From Phoronis australis (taxonomy: Eukaryota; Animalia; Phoronida), in NCBI GenBank assembly GCA_002633005.1, contig NMRA01000530.1, forward strand, positions 1-64,000: a stretch of DNA of 64,000 bases, given 5' to 3'. The notes beneath the pieces were generated by a model. It saw only the letters and a list, made by a program, of their open reading frames with translations. It searched no databases and had not been told where the DNA came from. A program made the position numbers and the translations under genes. Positions 1-14,239 of this stretch are shown in pieces. The stretch's first letter is position 1. Each line of letters begins with the position of its first letter.

Positions 1-621
1 CTGCCAAATATTTGAATGAGATCGCTCGGAATCTAGGCACCAGACAAAATAGCAAATCGAAGAATAAACAAGAATTGAATACAGACAGAGGATAAGAATT
101 GCCAGCTATTACCATCGTTTCCTTTCAAGTAACTGCCACCAGGCGGTGTTGGAAAACCAGCAAGAACCACCCCATGGTGACTGTGTAGACATTGACGGAG
201 ATTCCTGTCAGTACCCCGAGGAAGGGCACACGACAGGGTTGAAGGCTAGGTCCACAAAAACAAAACAGGTCGCCGATAGGTAACTACTCCACGTCCTATT
301 CTATATAACGGCGCCAGCTATATGAACATTCATTCTGTCATCGTTAAACATGTTGTTCTTCTTGGACACAAAATATGAGCTCAGTCATTGTAACATTTTT
401 GTGGTCAAAAACAACATGTTTAACCTCCGTGAAAGTCATTATTTGCATTTGCTAACACGTTATTAGACTTGTACTCATTACATGTACACCATAAATATAT
501 GGAGTAAGGCGCCGTTTTCTAATCTTTTTTTAAACCAAAGCTATCGAGAGTAAAGATGCCGCAGACCTGTGAAGTCAAATATATCAAAAGTTTCGATCAT
601 GAACTGAAAGCTTCCACTCAC

Positions 622-3600
622 TGGTTCTCAAAGCTCGTGAAGTGCGGATCCCCATGCGGGTTACAAGTCTCGATCCCTGTTTGTATAATTTCTTTCTAAA
701 AATAATAATTTTCGTTATTAAAACGAATACCTTGAACATGGGTCAGTTAGATATTCGTTACGCCTGCTGAGCCAATTTTGGGGGAACTTCAGAAATAGAT
801 CTAATGCTGGTTTATGAACTGAGCAGAAAATTGGGACATGTTATTGCATAAAATCGCGTACTGCGGTGGAAATCCATCGCTAGGTCATTGGCTAATATCC
901 GATGAATTCCCGCTGTGGAGTGAGTAACAGGCTGATACCGTGGCGCTAAGGAAACCGGAACACCATCCAATATGCTTCTTATCTCGTAAAAAACGATTCG
1001 CTTTTAATTCAATTTCTTCTTTGACATGGTAAAACTTTCGTACCGACAACCCGGGAAAGACCAAATTGTAGCTCGTAACAGCGTCTATTTTGACGCGCTT
1101 TCTTTTCCCACTAGTATCGTAGTCATTTACTGCTTGCAACTTGAAGCTTAACCTCGCTAAACCATCCTTGGAATCCCATTTCATCTGACTCAGTGCTTGA
1201 TTGCATTGTTCGGCAACTACCAAACCTGGAAAATTAATATAGATTACACAAAATGTATGCACACGTGTACTGGACTTGTATATGTTACTGCAATTGCGTT
1301 TTAATGTTCAACAACTTACTATCCGGATCGTCCATCCTCAGTTGAACATCACACGCTTCACCGGATTCGCACACGATTGGAACTGTCGATTCTAAAATGA
1401 CGTCATCTTCATCCGCCTCTTGCATTACAGAACGATTCACGCTACGAAACCTAGACTAATAGTTGCAGATTTTAAAAACACGTAATTGTTGTTTCACAAG
1501 CACTTTAAAAACATTTTGTATCGATATCTATCAGACGCAAAGGAGCACCACTCATGTTTGGTGACGACGGCGATGATCAGTGTGGATGGTAATGCTGTCG
1601 ATGCTGGTGGGAGTGGTGGTGGTGGTGATTATGATTGTGATGGTTGTGGACATGATGGTGTTGGCGGTGGTGCTGCTGCTGGTGGTAGTCAGCGGTGGTG
1701 TTGGTGGTGGTGGAGATGATGGTTGTAGGGTTGAGGGTGATGGGGGTTGTGCTGATACTGCATGTGGTGTCGGTAATAATGACGGGTGAGACAGAGGTGC
1801 GAATGGTTGTGGTGACGGAGTTGGTTATGATTGAAGTGGTGGTGACATAATGATTATGACAGTGACGGCGCCAAAAAAGTTTACTTGAGCCTAAATCAAC
1901 CAAACACTTCTGAAAGTGGGAGTTGCACGGTAACTCCTTATTTCTGTGATTGCTTGGCCAAATGAGTTAGAAACGTAACGACGGTACCAACTGATGACTC
2001 TATTTTCAATATTGTGAATGGTCTTTCTCAAGTGGAACGCCTGTAATAAACCCTCAACATTTCACAACAGTAAAGCAATATTTGTAGAATTTTACAACTT
2101 ATCAAACAACTTAAGTCCTACTTTATGAGATACAAATTGGAATCTTCTTTATTACAAAATGCTTACGCGGAGTTCCAACTTGAATGGTGGGCTTCTGTCT
2201 GACTGTTCTTTTCCTACGGTGATGGCACAAGTTAACTGAAAATAGATGCAAAAAGTCTCTGAGTTGCCTGAGGTTGCCTAGAACTCTTCTAGTAAAAGCA
2301 TTAGATTACACTTGCGAGGTTGCGTACTGTGTTCACACCTCGGTGCGTCCTGTTCCCATGCCTTCTGGTTTTTCTTTAAAGAGGCATGTTTAAGGTGAAG
2401 CCTAGTTTTGGTCGAAGCAGGAAATCTCAGAGATGTTGCTAATTTTAACTTGAAAAGAAACCTTTCTATTGCAGCCTTAAAAGGACATTATTGCATTTGA
2501 GGCTGAAAAAAAGCATTTTGTGATTGTAATTTAGTGGGACAGACTTCTTAAAGTTTTGGCTAGAGGAATGAAGCAACACATGTTCTTGTGACAGTATTAC
2601 TAATGACCAATGTTCGCCGTTGTCTGCCGAACAATCACCATTGGAGTAGGCTTGAAATATTCTGCATGTTAACGCGTGCATTTGGCTCAGCGGTAGAGCG
2701 TTCGGCTGCTTCATGGCGGAGTTCGTGGGTTGCATTGCGCACTACTGTTAATTTGTGCACGAGAGCAACGCGGAACTTTCACATGCATCCACCTTATGCA
2801 TGGCATAAACCGATGGACATTATTTTTAATATTCTCACTACACGGAGCAATGGTAGTAACTTTATAACAACCTCCAGGTGGTGCAAAGTCAAGTCAGGAA
2901 CGCTCTCCTCATTCGGAACACACTTGCCACCTTTCATCGTAATTCTTCCATACGTTTCGAGGATTGAGAGGCAGATACATATAACAATGGACCCAAAATA
3001 ATAGAAAGATCACTACGGGGTGCAACGTAGGACAAAATCCATCTCAAATAGGGCAGGTGCTGTTGTCTAAGTGATGGCAACTCATTTTCAAATTCCATGA
3101 AAATCCATCAAGGAACTTGGTAGATATCAAGGCAAACACAAAGAAAAACAAAATTAACACCAGATGTACTCTTCCTCATTTGAAAGACATGTCAATTTGC
3201 ATGTACATCCATCACGAAACTTCCACTAGAGGGCGTCACAGCCGTTGTACTCGTTCAACAATAATTGTCAGCCATGTATTTCCCAGCAGGAACACAAATG
3301 CCAATTTTCATAATGATTATTTGAATGATACAGACAGACGCCAAAATTCAGACTTAAAATAGTACAAATGGTCGCTAGATGGCATACAATACATTGAATC
3401 CATTCGAAAATGGAAAGGTGTTATAGACTCTAATAAAAATCTGAGGAAAACGTATAAATTGCCACTAGGGGGGCACAACAGTAATCTGAATTGTCCAAAA
3501 GTGGTCATCATGACAATGGTCACTTTCTTAAAAATATACCATTCAAATTTAACAAAGATCCTGCCAGAGGTTTCAAAGATAAGGCCGCGGACTGAGGAAA

Positions 3601-6600
3601 CAAAAACAAAAACAAAAACAAAAACAAAACAAAAACAAATCTTCCACTATCTGGTGCCACAGCAGTCGGAGTAGTACGAAAATCACCGTTACCTGTGCTT
3701 TTCTCAATAGGAGAAAATGTGCCAATTTTGGAGGGGTTTGTCGAATATACTACAGGGAAAGATTCGAAAATAATAAAAAGGTCATTATCCGAAAATGAGA
3801 AGATGTCATCGTTTTTCTTAAAAGACGTTTTGCCAAAATTCATGAAAAAATGTTAAGCAACTCCAGAGATACAGAGTGAAACGTTAAAAAACGAAAATGT
3901 CACTAGGTGCACAGTTGTAGTCAGATCCCATTCGTCGCCATACGTTGTCACTATCATAGAAATACACTTACCAAATATAACAAATTTCCTTCAGTGGGTT
4001 CATGAGATACAGCCGCGGACGCAAAAAGAAACAAGGTGTCATTAGGATGCGCCACAGGTGTCTTCTTATAGGTAGGAACGCATATACCAGTTTTCATGTT
4101 CATCTTTAAAGTTGTTTGATCGATAGAGGGGGATACACAAAACACGAAAACAATAATAAAACGGCATCTAGGTGGCGCATAATTATGGGCGGCACACCAT
4201 AGGCGGCTGGGGGGGGGGGGGCTAATGCCCCACCGCACTTATTTCAATGCTGCACTGTCTATGGTCACATGGGCGGCGCACCATAGGAGGCTAGGGGTTA
4301 CAGCCTCCCACTTATTTCAGTGCTGCACCGTCCATGATAATACAAGGAATCCATTCGAAAACGAGAGAGCGGCATTGTCTCTTTAATTGCTACCACTTTA
4401 CCAACTTTCATGAAAATGCCGTCAAGGGTCTCCATCTATTATAGAAACATGTTTGCAAAATTTCACGAGGTTTCGGAGATACAGCAACGGACGTAGGTGG
4501 CTTGAATTTGGCCATTGGATTTCTGTACCTAACGTAAGGATCCTCGAATATCAAAATTTCTGAGTTACTGGTATAATTTCTTTTATTATAGACCGAAAAC
4601 GGCAATTTGCTTGCGTAATAGTCTTGTCAGCTCGCCGGCTAATGCATGCCTTAAATTTCCTTAATTAAGGTTGTGTAGGGCCCTCTTGATAACCTGCGTA
4701 TTTAGCCAAACATCCACAAAACTATATGTAAAGACTTTAACCGTGTAAAACTACATGTTTTCTGATAGTAGAAAGCCTGAAAAGGTTGATTAATTAGGTC
4801 ACTTGGTCATATCTTTTCAATAAACGTAGCAAAACGCAAAGGTTCACTGACAGAAAAACAACGGTATCATTTGATACACAGTGCTCAAGTTGAGATCTCA
4901 AAAACGCTATTGGAGTATATCATTTCGTTTTATGAAACTTTCGATTTTTGGCCAAAATGTCATATTTTTATAGCCCCCCATGCAAAATTGACGCATTTAA
5001 AAAACGATTCCTTTTATTGCACTAGAGGAGAATGCATAAAAGCACAGTATCTGAAAGTTTTATTAAATTCGATCATCGATTATTGAGATATGATGTAACG
5101 ACGTTCGCCAAATTTGGACAATTTCATTGAGACATGCGTAACCTTAACGAACACACTTGTTGCAGTCCTGTTCATATCATCATGCATTTCACAGACACGC
5201 GTAGTACTGAGATAATCACCTTTTTATTGAAATGTTTGTTAAGTAGGTTCACGGGAAGTGTTGATACTTCGTTTGATCTTCCCTGAATGTTTTCCTCTTG
5301 AATGATGTCATCATCCGCATACCACGTGACCTTGTAATCCTTTCCGTCTGATTGGTGATAACACTTAAACATGAAGTCGCCGTTCTTGCCCACTTCTACG
5401 CCCGATAAGACCGGTTGCAAAATTTTCTTTGCGGCTTAAAGAATGTTCAACATATGAATTTTATCCGCTGGGTTACCAGAGGGTAAATGGTTTCGCACTC
5501 AAGATTTTCAATACGTCTCGTTGAAAATATGCCTTTGTAAAATCAGTTTGAACAGTTACTTGCTGTGCAGAGGAAATTACCCTGTAAAATATGAAACCTA
5601 CGCAGGCACATTGGGATCAGCCAATACGTTCCCGCCACTTTCTACACGCGCCTGCATTTCTTCATTGGTTTATGATAAATCTTGTACCAACAAGGAATAT
5701 CAACTTTGGAAACAAAAAAATGTATACTACTAAATGTTGCAATATACATGTACTACATCTATTGTAACCGTGGTCATGTGTATGTAGTTCTTGTTAATTG
5801 TTTACATTTTCCTTTTTAAATAAAAAATTGTATATTAATTAAAATGGTGTAGAATATGAAATTTCACCATCTTTCAAATATTATTATCTGGTTAAGAAAC
5901 ATTCCATGGACAATCCAAACCCGCATTCTTCATATGTTCGTTCCCACTACTGAAAATTGACTTTTGATTTAGATTACTTGGGTCTACAGTAATAAATTTG
6001 GTCCCAATATGTTCTTTATTACAATGGGGACTGATTTCTGGTCAAGGGATTCGATCTTGCTAGAAAACTTTCCGGCTTATAAAATGATCCGCCGTGACAA
6101 ACCAACTTATTCAGTCAGACCTCAAACAATAACGATAAGTCATTTTTTCGGTCCCAAGACTAGAAATGATTTCTCATCCGAGAACAAAACAAGTTGTGAC
6201 CTGGTATACAACAACGAGGTTCAAATCAATATTACAATTATCAGAGAGGGTGGGTTCAAAGCCCCCTTAAGCGGCTTGGAGTGCCTTTCTCCATCCAGCG
6301 GACGGTATTTTGAAAGGTGGCCACTGACGGAGACATAGCAACACAAACTATCCGGCGGGACGAGACTAAAACTGGTGAATTACCAGCGCAGTACGCCAGT
6401 TGGCAAATGAGAGGGCGAAGGTAATAGACATAAAACGTTCCACAATTTTTAATCTTGATTCTGTACTCGGGAGAGTCCACACGTGACAAGCAGTGTTTAC
6501 CATAGGACACGCACTGTTGTCGTTCCACAACACCATCGGAGACTTTGGGATGATCTCCCACAAAAATAACTGGCAAATAAGTTCCACATTTGCCCATTCC

Positions 6601-6785
6601 AAAGTCCGCATTGTTCTCGTCTGGCACATGAGGCATGCGACCGTTACCGCCAGGTACCTGGAAACGGTACCAGCCTTCTGCCAAGTTTTTGTCACACATC
6701 ATTGGGTTCATACCATTTGTTTCAAGGCGCCAACCGTCTTTAAGAATGGTGGGGTTATTGCATGGGTCTGAACCACGTACCCACC
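622..6785 (-). CDS. VWDE-like protein, copy B (5' part only; remainder off the left edge or lost). Exons 6785-6384, 5434-5220, 2235-2167, 1455-1320, 1225-1044, 695-622
   Basis: All six exons have AG/GT boundaries and compatible phases with no stops. Peptides: SDPC...CDKNLAEGWYRF...CGTYLP...IKIKNCGTFYVYYL...CQLAYCA (D8C/UMOD domain), LTCAITVG, ESTVPIVC, and CNPHGDPHFTSFE (VWD start). Exon sizes match copy A except for one 9-nt in-frame deletion. Confidence 0.85.
1560..1865. repeat. Intronic GGT/GAT-rich low-complexity tract
   Basis: Degenerate trinucleotide repeats between VWDE-B exons; homologue at 39125-39410. Confidence 0.85.
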
Positions 6786-7156
6786 CTACAGGTTAGAAGA
6801 ACACAGTCAACCCGATATCACTGATTCGGTCATTACAGAACGAGTTGTGCAGGTGTTCATATGCCATGAAATTCACACATTTGTTATACTATTCATAATG
6901 AGAATGTCGTCTTCTGCGAAAGCACTACTTACGAAGAGGACCGCCACGGGAACAACTGGGAACTTCACAAAAATGAAACAGCTGAAATTATAAGATGATT
7001 ATTACAGACTATAGGGAAATAAATAGAGATAATATTTACAAAAAGTCACGCAGCAGCGTGATAAAATAAAAGTAATATGGTTTGGATGTAAGAACAAGTA
7101 GCCTAAATCACAGGCATTGTTTAGTAGTAGATGTTAAAACATTTAGAAAATTAGTT

Positions 7157-7635
7157 GTACCACAATATTAGCCTCGAATGGCAGATGCAACCGTGTAATA
7201 ACCCATAAAGTTATCTCACTAGTGAGATAACATTTTGGCGGCAAACTGAGGCCGGATTCGAGCCCGGGCCTCAAGAGTTTCGAGTCGCCGACTTTACCAC
7301 TACACCAGTCAGCGGCTGACGTCATCGAATGTGAAAATAAAAGCGCAACAATCGCATGTTCAGCAGGGGGCATTGCACCGACATGCATACGCTATGAAAA
7401 ATAAGAAGCATAATTTCCATGAAAACGATATTTTAATTCAGTGAAAATTTTCTCTCGTGTTCTCTCACTTGTAAATCACCGATCTCCAATTTGAATGCGG
7501 GTATCGTGTCGTCGGGATCCGTTGGCTTGAGAATTATCACCCTCGGGGCTAACGCCCCTCGGACGATAGTTCTCCAAAATCCACTCGGACTCTAGATAAC
7601 GAGGGATAACGACTTCGCAACGTAATAATCTATTT
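7157..7635. mobile_element. Unclassified interspersed element with a tRNA-like segment and a palindromic end (copy 1)
   Basis: Highly similar to 47451-47828 plus 48195-48300; absent from the homologous site in the other duplication arm (about 33315). Confidence 0.8.
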
Positions 7636-9339
7636 TATGGAATGCCTGCACAGCCTCCGGGAATTTAACATTCATTAGGCTGACACATCAGAAATTACGT
7701 TCTTTAGTGTAGCAGAACCACTAAAGCTTTATGTCACTGCATCCGCCGATGAGGAACGGGACGAAATTACTTCAAAATCACGGGGTTACGTTTCCTATCG
7801 TCTAATGAATGTGACAATATGAGGGACGGTTGTCGGCTTGTAAACATCCGGTGACATCAGGCTTGGTGACTTGTAAACCATATGGCGGAAAACGTATTTT
7901 GTTACTTGAGCACGGGTTCATTTCAACATGGTTTTGACAATTACAACAAAGCAAAAGCACAATAAAAATAAAAATAAAAATAAGAAAATAAAGTGAGCTT
8001 CAAATACATCATTCAGCAGTTCTGCACAAACGATTTTCGAGGTACGCGCCATCAGGCAAATGTGAAGCTAAATTTCACCACTTGCTGCGTCTACGGCGGT
8101 AAAGCTGAATACCTGTATCACAGCGGGAAATATTTAGGCAAAACCACGTGCCTACGGCAATATCTCACGTAATTTTTGCAAAATCATGCTTTTTTTGCGA
8201 TGTCCTAGTATTATTGAACTCTACCCTGCTCATACATGTAGCTCATTAGTACGGCAAAATGATTAGTGCGGATTTTGCATGGTGACCACAAGCACTCCTG
8301 ACAGCCGCCAAATACCATGGAATATTGACTTAACAATGAGTCTCAGTAGACTTTGTGCAAGGTTTTTGAAGTTATTGTCACAGTATACTGTTCCTACTTT
8401 GAGGCTTTGTACACCCTGTGACTGTTTTTTATAAGACAAAAATCCATAAAAAACTGTTGAATGCCACCTTCCTTTTTGAAATTTGACTTAACGTTTTGAA
8501 GCATCTTTCAGTTTTGAGAAATGCTTTGAAATGACAAATTGAAATATTCTTTTTCGAAATTCACCCACCATTCTCCACAGAATTTGAGAAATGATACCCT
8601 AAATAACAAGTCGTTTTTCAAAGTCAAATCTTTTTGTTGCATGCTCCAGCGTTCGAGATATACTTTGAAATGACTAATCAAAACAATTTTTTGAAATTAT
8701 CCAATTCAATAACTTTTCTGGGGGTACTGATTGCCTACCCCCAAAATACGTGTAAGGCCACCTTGCATCGCCATTTATTGTTGGTAATAGTCCGCGAGAT
8801 CGCACGGTTGACATTTGCAGGAACACATTTGGCGAGTTATCGATTACTTGTACTGTATTTGTCTTTGTTATTCATCTTCATCACTATGGACCTTGCAATA
8901 TCTGTAATATCTAGTGTTATCTAAACCGGTAGTGTAAATAACGACTGATTTCGAAGAGGCGGTAGAAACTGAGGGGGGGGTGCAACTGTTTATGTGGGCC
9001 TGAAGCGTAGCTGTGGCGCGGTAAGCTGCAAACACGGAACAGTTGGTGACATTTGCGATTAGAATAGCTTTGAGTGGCCCTGTGGTCAGCGGGCTGTAAA
9101 GTGCCTTATCTAATTCATTTTGGAATTTTAGTTTTGTATTTTATATGACATGAAATAAACGCACTACTACTATCAGCACTACAGCAGAGTCTGGAACAAC
9201 CTGTTCTGCGATCGCAAATTGGCTGCAAATCCAATTATTACATTATGTTGACCTGGAATAAATAGTGCGTCGGAATACTTGAAGAGTCGTTACACTGTAC
9301 TTACCGACAACTGCTAGAAGAGCGAGTACACATATCAAC

Positions 9340-9625
9340 ATCATTCTGCGAAAAAATGAGCGATGGGTCTGAAAGGATAGTTATAGAACACCACGCTTTT
9401 AAGTGGTTGAAACGTGATAGTTCCCAGAGATAGCATCAACATTTATCCACGAAGGCATGCGCTCCGACTCTTGCGTAGTGATCATTTCGCGAAAAAAATG
9501 AGAACTGGGTCTGTACGGATGGTTATAGAACACCTCGCTTTCAAGTCCTCGAAACGTGACAGTTCTCAAAGATAGCAACAACCCTTTATCAACGAAGACA
9601 TACGCTCTGACACTCACGTAGTGAT
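9340..9625. repeat. Diverged tandem repeat of about 141 bp (2 copies)
   Basis: ATCATT..GCGAAAAAATGAG..GTTATAGAACACC..CGTAGTG occurs twice; there is one copy in the other arm (about 31025-31170). Confidence 0.8.
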
Positions 9626-9924
9626 ATGGGGAAAAATTCAATTCCAATGAATTCACAATAATTTAGTGTCGTATATATTTCTGCTATTGTGCCACGCATT
9701 GAATCTTGCTGTTTTTCTTTTCCGTTAAACGATCTAACTCAAGGCATAAAACTTCCTTCTCTTAAATCTGATCATGAAAGTGCAGAAAATATTAATCTGT
9801 TTGCACGCAATACATGTCTCTAGAGCAATCTTCTCAATATTTCCAGGGGTGTTGAAAGCAATGACATAGCTGAAAATTTTGCCAATCTATGTTGCCTAGA
9901 ATCACAAACATTGGTATATAAAAG

Positions 9925-12900
9925 ATCTTGCAGGTGGCCTGATGTCATTTGCGGTGTATCGGACGTGCGCAGGCCTCATGGTTGAGCCCACTGCACACCT
10001 GAGCTAAAGCACGAGAGCCCCATTATGGTTCTTTGTGAAGGAAGTTTTCAAGTCTGCCCGTCTCTTTAAGAAAACGGACAGACGTTTCCATTTGTTGCCA
10101 TGCACTATATGTTGTAGGCATGTAACAGTGTCATCCAGTTGGTTGCTCCTTAGCCTATAAAAAGCTGGGCAAGACTCTACCAGGTGTTTAGGGGATTATA
10201 CGTCAGTGCCACACTCGGGACACACTGGGCTCCTCATATGCCCGATAAAGTGTCTGTGTCGGGCTATGTTACAGTGGCCCGTCAAAATTTTAGTGGCGTG
10301 TCTTATGCCCAATCTATCTAGACTCAGAAGGTTTTTTGAACCTTTTGGTTTGATCACATTGGGAAATTCTCCTTGGTCTCTCTGCAGGAGTTAAGTGATC
10401 CCCACTGGGCTGCTGACTGGGTATGTACCTAGTTGCGTATACTCATCCTGCATCACCCGTAAAATTTGGTCGTCTCCATTTCTGTTGATACTCGACAAGG
10501 TACAGTCTGGATTAGAAGGTACCGAGTTATAATTAGTGGTATCAGACCCAGTTTCTGCATGAAACAGTCTGATGAGGGACTCGCGCATGTTTCCTAAAGT
10601 TTCAATGCATTTGGAGACTTTGTTTACTCTCAGATGCTTATCATACCGGGATAGCAGGTTCAGGCACAAAATGCAGAACGCTTGCTCCTATCTTTGCGAG
10701 TCTGTCTGTATTCTCATTACCATCAATTCCCACATGGGCCCTTACCCAGTGTATATTGACGGTTCTTTCAACTGCCAGCTTGTTAAGCTCATTAATACAA
10801 GCATTAACACAACGAGAGTTGACCCTTGGTTTCTTTAGGACTTTTATTGCTGCCTGGCTATCTGAAAAGATAGTAATTGGCTGATTGCCCACGTCGATGT
10901 TATGTTGTCGTGCCAGTTGAGCAGCTCTGTTAATTGCAGTGATCTCAGCCTGGAACACTGCTTTCTACAACTGCAACAGGAAGCTAGGCTTGAAAAATAG
11001 ACTCCAGCATCTGTCTGGCCATTTTCCAGTTTAGAGCCATCCGAATAATAAAGCACCTCATTCTTGTGTTCTGCGGTAGACCATCCATCACCAATTTTCG
11101 TGAAGAAATTGTTTGTATGATTTAAACCTGTGACCTGGACATCACTAGTCATGTTCCATAGTTGCCCAGTCTTGGCCATAAGCTAACTGCAAACATTCCT
11201 GTGGCATTTGTGTGCAACGGAATCAGGGAAGTCAGTTTTCACCACTGACCATTATATCTGAGACGAAGTACAGCACATGCAACTTCACCCTCAAGGTATA
11301 TGCACAGTGGTGGTAGACCGATTTGCATTTCTATGGCTGCAGAAGGCGTTTCTGGAAAAGCAGAGGTTATGCACAAACAAGCTAGACGTTGCAACTGATT
11401 AAGTTTTTTGATAATTGTAATCAGTTTTATTGCTGTTACCCATATCGACGAAGCATAGGACATTATAGGTCGGACAACAGCAGTATAAATCCAGTACATA
11501 TTCTTGGTAGACATTCCCCAAGTTTTACCAACCGCACGGCTGCATCTCACCAAAGCAGGTTTGGGTTTTGAGATTTTTGCTGTAGTATGCGGGGTCCAGG
11601 AAAGACGATGGTGTAAAATGACACCTAGATAAGTCGCCTTGTCAACAAGATCAAGATGTTTACCATTCAGCGTTAAAGGTCGCATTAACCATTTAAGGTT
11701 CCAGTGCCGGGTTGCATGAAGCAGTCCCAAATGGGGACTCAACTAAATTCCCTAAACCTTTTGTCTATTTGCGTGTTTGTTTACTCGCAGATGTAATCTT
11801 TTTCTATCATTTCATCCGTATTATGATCTTACCTTTGACTAAAGACATTTTCTAATAATATAACTAAAAAGTGAGCTCTGAATTCAATGAAAGTAAGAGG
11901 GACGTAGTCCTTAGGTTAGGAGTGTTGCATGAAAAGATCCCTATACATTTTCGATAATATTGAGAATTCAACGTCGAGTTCACTCTCGATTTGTATCAAA
12001 GCCAAAAATTGACTTAGTAATGGAACTAAAACAGCATAAGAAAGGACAATCAATGTTTTCACAAGTCCACTAATATGCAGTTGATTTAGGGAACTTAGTT
12101 GAGTCCCTATTTGGGACTGTTTCAAGCAACCGGCCACTGGTGAACATAATCACCTTTGTTTTGCTACCACTAATTTCTAAGCTAACTGACTTAGCCCATG
12201 TGGCTGTTGAGTGCTCTTTGAGCAAGATAGCGACATGTGTCAGGATCGATGCTAGACACACTGAGAACAATATCATCTGCATAGGCTTGAAAATACAAGG
12301 TTGGACCCATGTCAGTAGATAAGTGTCGAAGCAGACCATCCATAGCCATGTTAGAGAGGGTGGGTGAGGTAGCGCTACCCTGAGGTGTTCCCCTGGTGAT
12401 GCAAACCGCCACACTCACATCGTCTAGACAAACAGTAACAAATTGACTTCCAAGCATGTTAATGATCCACCTGGTAAGACACCTATTCACTTTAAAGTGG
12501 TTTAGTGCAACTCGGATCGCGTCATGCTTAATATTGCTGAAAGCTCCAACAAGATCAATGAAGGCACAGAGGGCAAGTTGTTTATTAAATATAGCCATTT
12601 CCAGTCTAGCGACCAGATGATGTGGAGCAGTCTCCGTAGAGAAGCCGGGCCTATAAGCATACTGGTTGTTCTAAAGTTTGTTATGTATGCCTTGTTTATC
12701 AAGATGCCACAGAATGAGCCTTTCCAGTCCATTGAGAAGGAAGGATGTTAAGGTTAAAGGCCTAAATGATTCAGCCGAAAGGTACGAGTTCTTCCCTGGT
12801 TTAGGAATGAAGACTACCCTTTGGCTAGCTTCATTCCATGTCTTGGGGATGTAACCTAATCTAAGGCTGTTTTTGTAGGTAGCTGTGAGTATTTGGAATA

Positions 12901-12990
12901 ATGGTATCCCAGCTCTTTCAGGATTATAGGATATGTCATGTCTAGTCCTGGGGACTTCCATGGTTTAAAAGACTTTAGAGCCCGCTTATT
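9925..12990 (-). mobile_element. Decayed, 5'-truncated non-LTR retrotransposon with RT, RNase H and a Cys/His motif (I/R1/LOA-group-like)
   Basis: Frameshifted ORF pieces: FKPWKSPGLD, VVFIPKPGK..SFRPLTLTSFL, FIDLVGAFS, RGTPQGS..SPTL, QAYADD, YLGVIL, then RNase H motifs YSDGSK, FQAEITAI, IFSDSQAA, WVRAHVGIDGNENTDRLAK. Confidence 0.92.
11705..12136. mobile_element. MITE with about 50-bp TIRs inserted in the LINE RT
   Basis: TIRs TGCCGGGTTGCATGAAGCAGTCCCAAATGGGGACTCAACTAA.. and ..TTAGTTGAGTCCCTATTTGGGACTGTTTCAAGCAACCGGCCA; flanks are CAG and CTG. Confidence 0.85.
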
Positions 12991-14239
12991 TTGAAAAATC
13001 GATATGATGTTGAAAGGGCATCATATGAGATTACGTCTAAATCATAGACCCACAGTCTCTGTGTCTATGTAAAAGTCGACGAAAACTAATCCAGTATGGA
13101 GATCCGCTTTTCTCCAGCCTTTTCCTACTATTTGTCTTCCAACTGATACTTTATTGCACTGCTATAAACAAAATATCACCACCCATCACATACTCGTTCA
13201 GTTGAGAACCTAAATTCATCACTGGTTTAGTATAAAAATGGAAACGGTCCAAGTATTTGTTATTGAATGCAGACTCATATTCTACCACTTAGTGGCGATT
13301 AGAAATTTTAAAATCTTATTTTTAGCAATATTTTAACCTATTTTTCTCGTTCAATTAATGTGACCAAAAGTGTTTTTAAACACTTTTAAACATATTTAAA
13401 AATGCATCTTTTAAAATGCTTGAGATAATACATTCGATCAACGATGACGCATTGTACAGGAACTCTAAATTTCAACATTTTGCCATTTTCAGTAACTGAA
13501 GTTCATTGGCAAATTACACGAAATTGTGAAAATTTAAACGCTGGTACTTTTACAAATGAAAAGTACAACTATGAATGAGATTGAAAACGTCAAAAGTTGC
13601 GAGATGGCAAACTATGGTGCCGGCCACGAAACCTAATTTTCTTAGATTCTACAGCTCAAGCCCCACTGACTATCAGTCCCGTAACCCTTATCTGCACAAA
13701 ACGTAAACTCACACACCGCTTGTGGATGCACTCTAATATTTATCACCATCTGAACGGACTCAGAAAGAGATAAATTTTGAGGCTTTCGAAACACCCTGGG
13801 TATTTTGTAGCGTCAAATTGCTTCTTGGAGGCGAACGCTATCTGCACATGTGGTAAGTTCAGTTCTGTGGTCAATAATGCACTAGTTATAGCCACGTCTA
13901 TTAATGGAAGTTGGGGAGAAGCGTCGCCGTAAAATTGAGCCACAAATAATTACTTTACGCCGAAAATAATTACTTTACCCAAATGACCCACCATACACAT
14001 CCGCAAATAAAGCCAATAAATTTCGCCTGCAATGGAAAATTTGAGGCTTCGAGAATACCCGAGATTTTCCTGATGAATTTGAGGTTACGGTACTCGAGAA
14101 GTGCCGAATGTAGTTCACATAATAGACTGTGGAGGAGCCTGCGTGCAGAATGCATCGCCTCGCGGCATACAGTTACACTAAGAAATGCTGATGATCTTTC
14201 GCCAGCTGGTTTAAACCAGTCAAAGTTGGCATAATTGTG

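Larger units (their letters stand above)
495..9720 (-). repeat. Left arm of an inverted segmental duplication (homologous to about 30930-41040)
   Basis: Exons, introns and upstream DNA align by eye as reverse complements, e.g. 8270-8370 vs 31620-31730, 9240-9480 vs 31020-31265 and 540-620 vs 40913-40990. Boundaries are approximate. Confidence 0.9.

Noticed and set aside
1486-1903. Overlapping Gly-, Val- and His-rich ORFs as standalone genes
   Set aside because: They are by-products of a degenerate trinucleotide tract inside an intron.
495-9720. Inverted duplication as a haplotype mis-assembly
   Set aside because: Intronic divergence and arm-specific insertions look too large for alleles, in contrast with the near-identical duplication at 42.7-44.4 kb.
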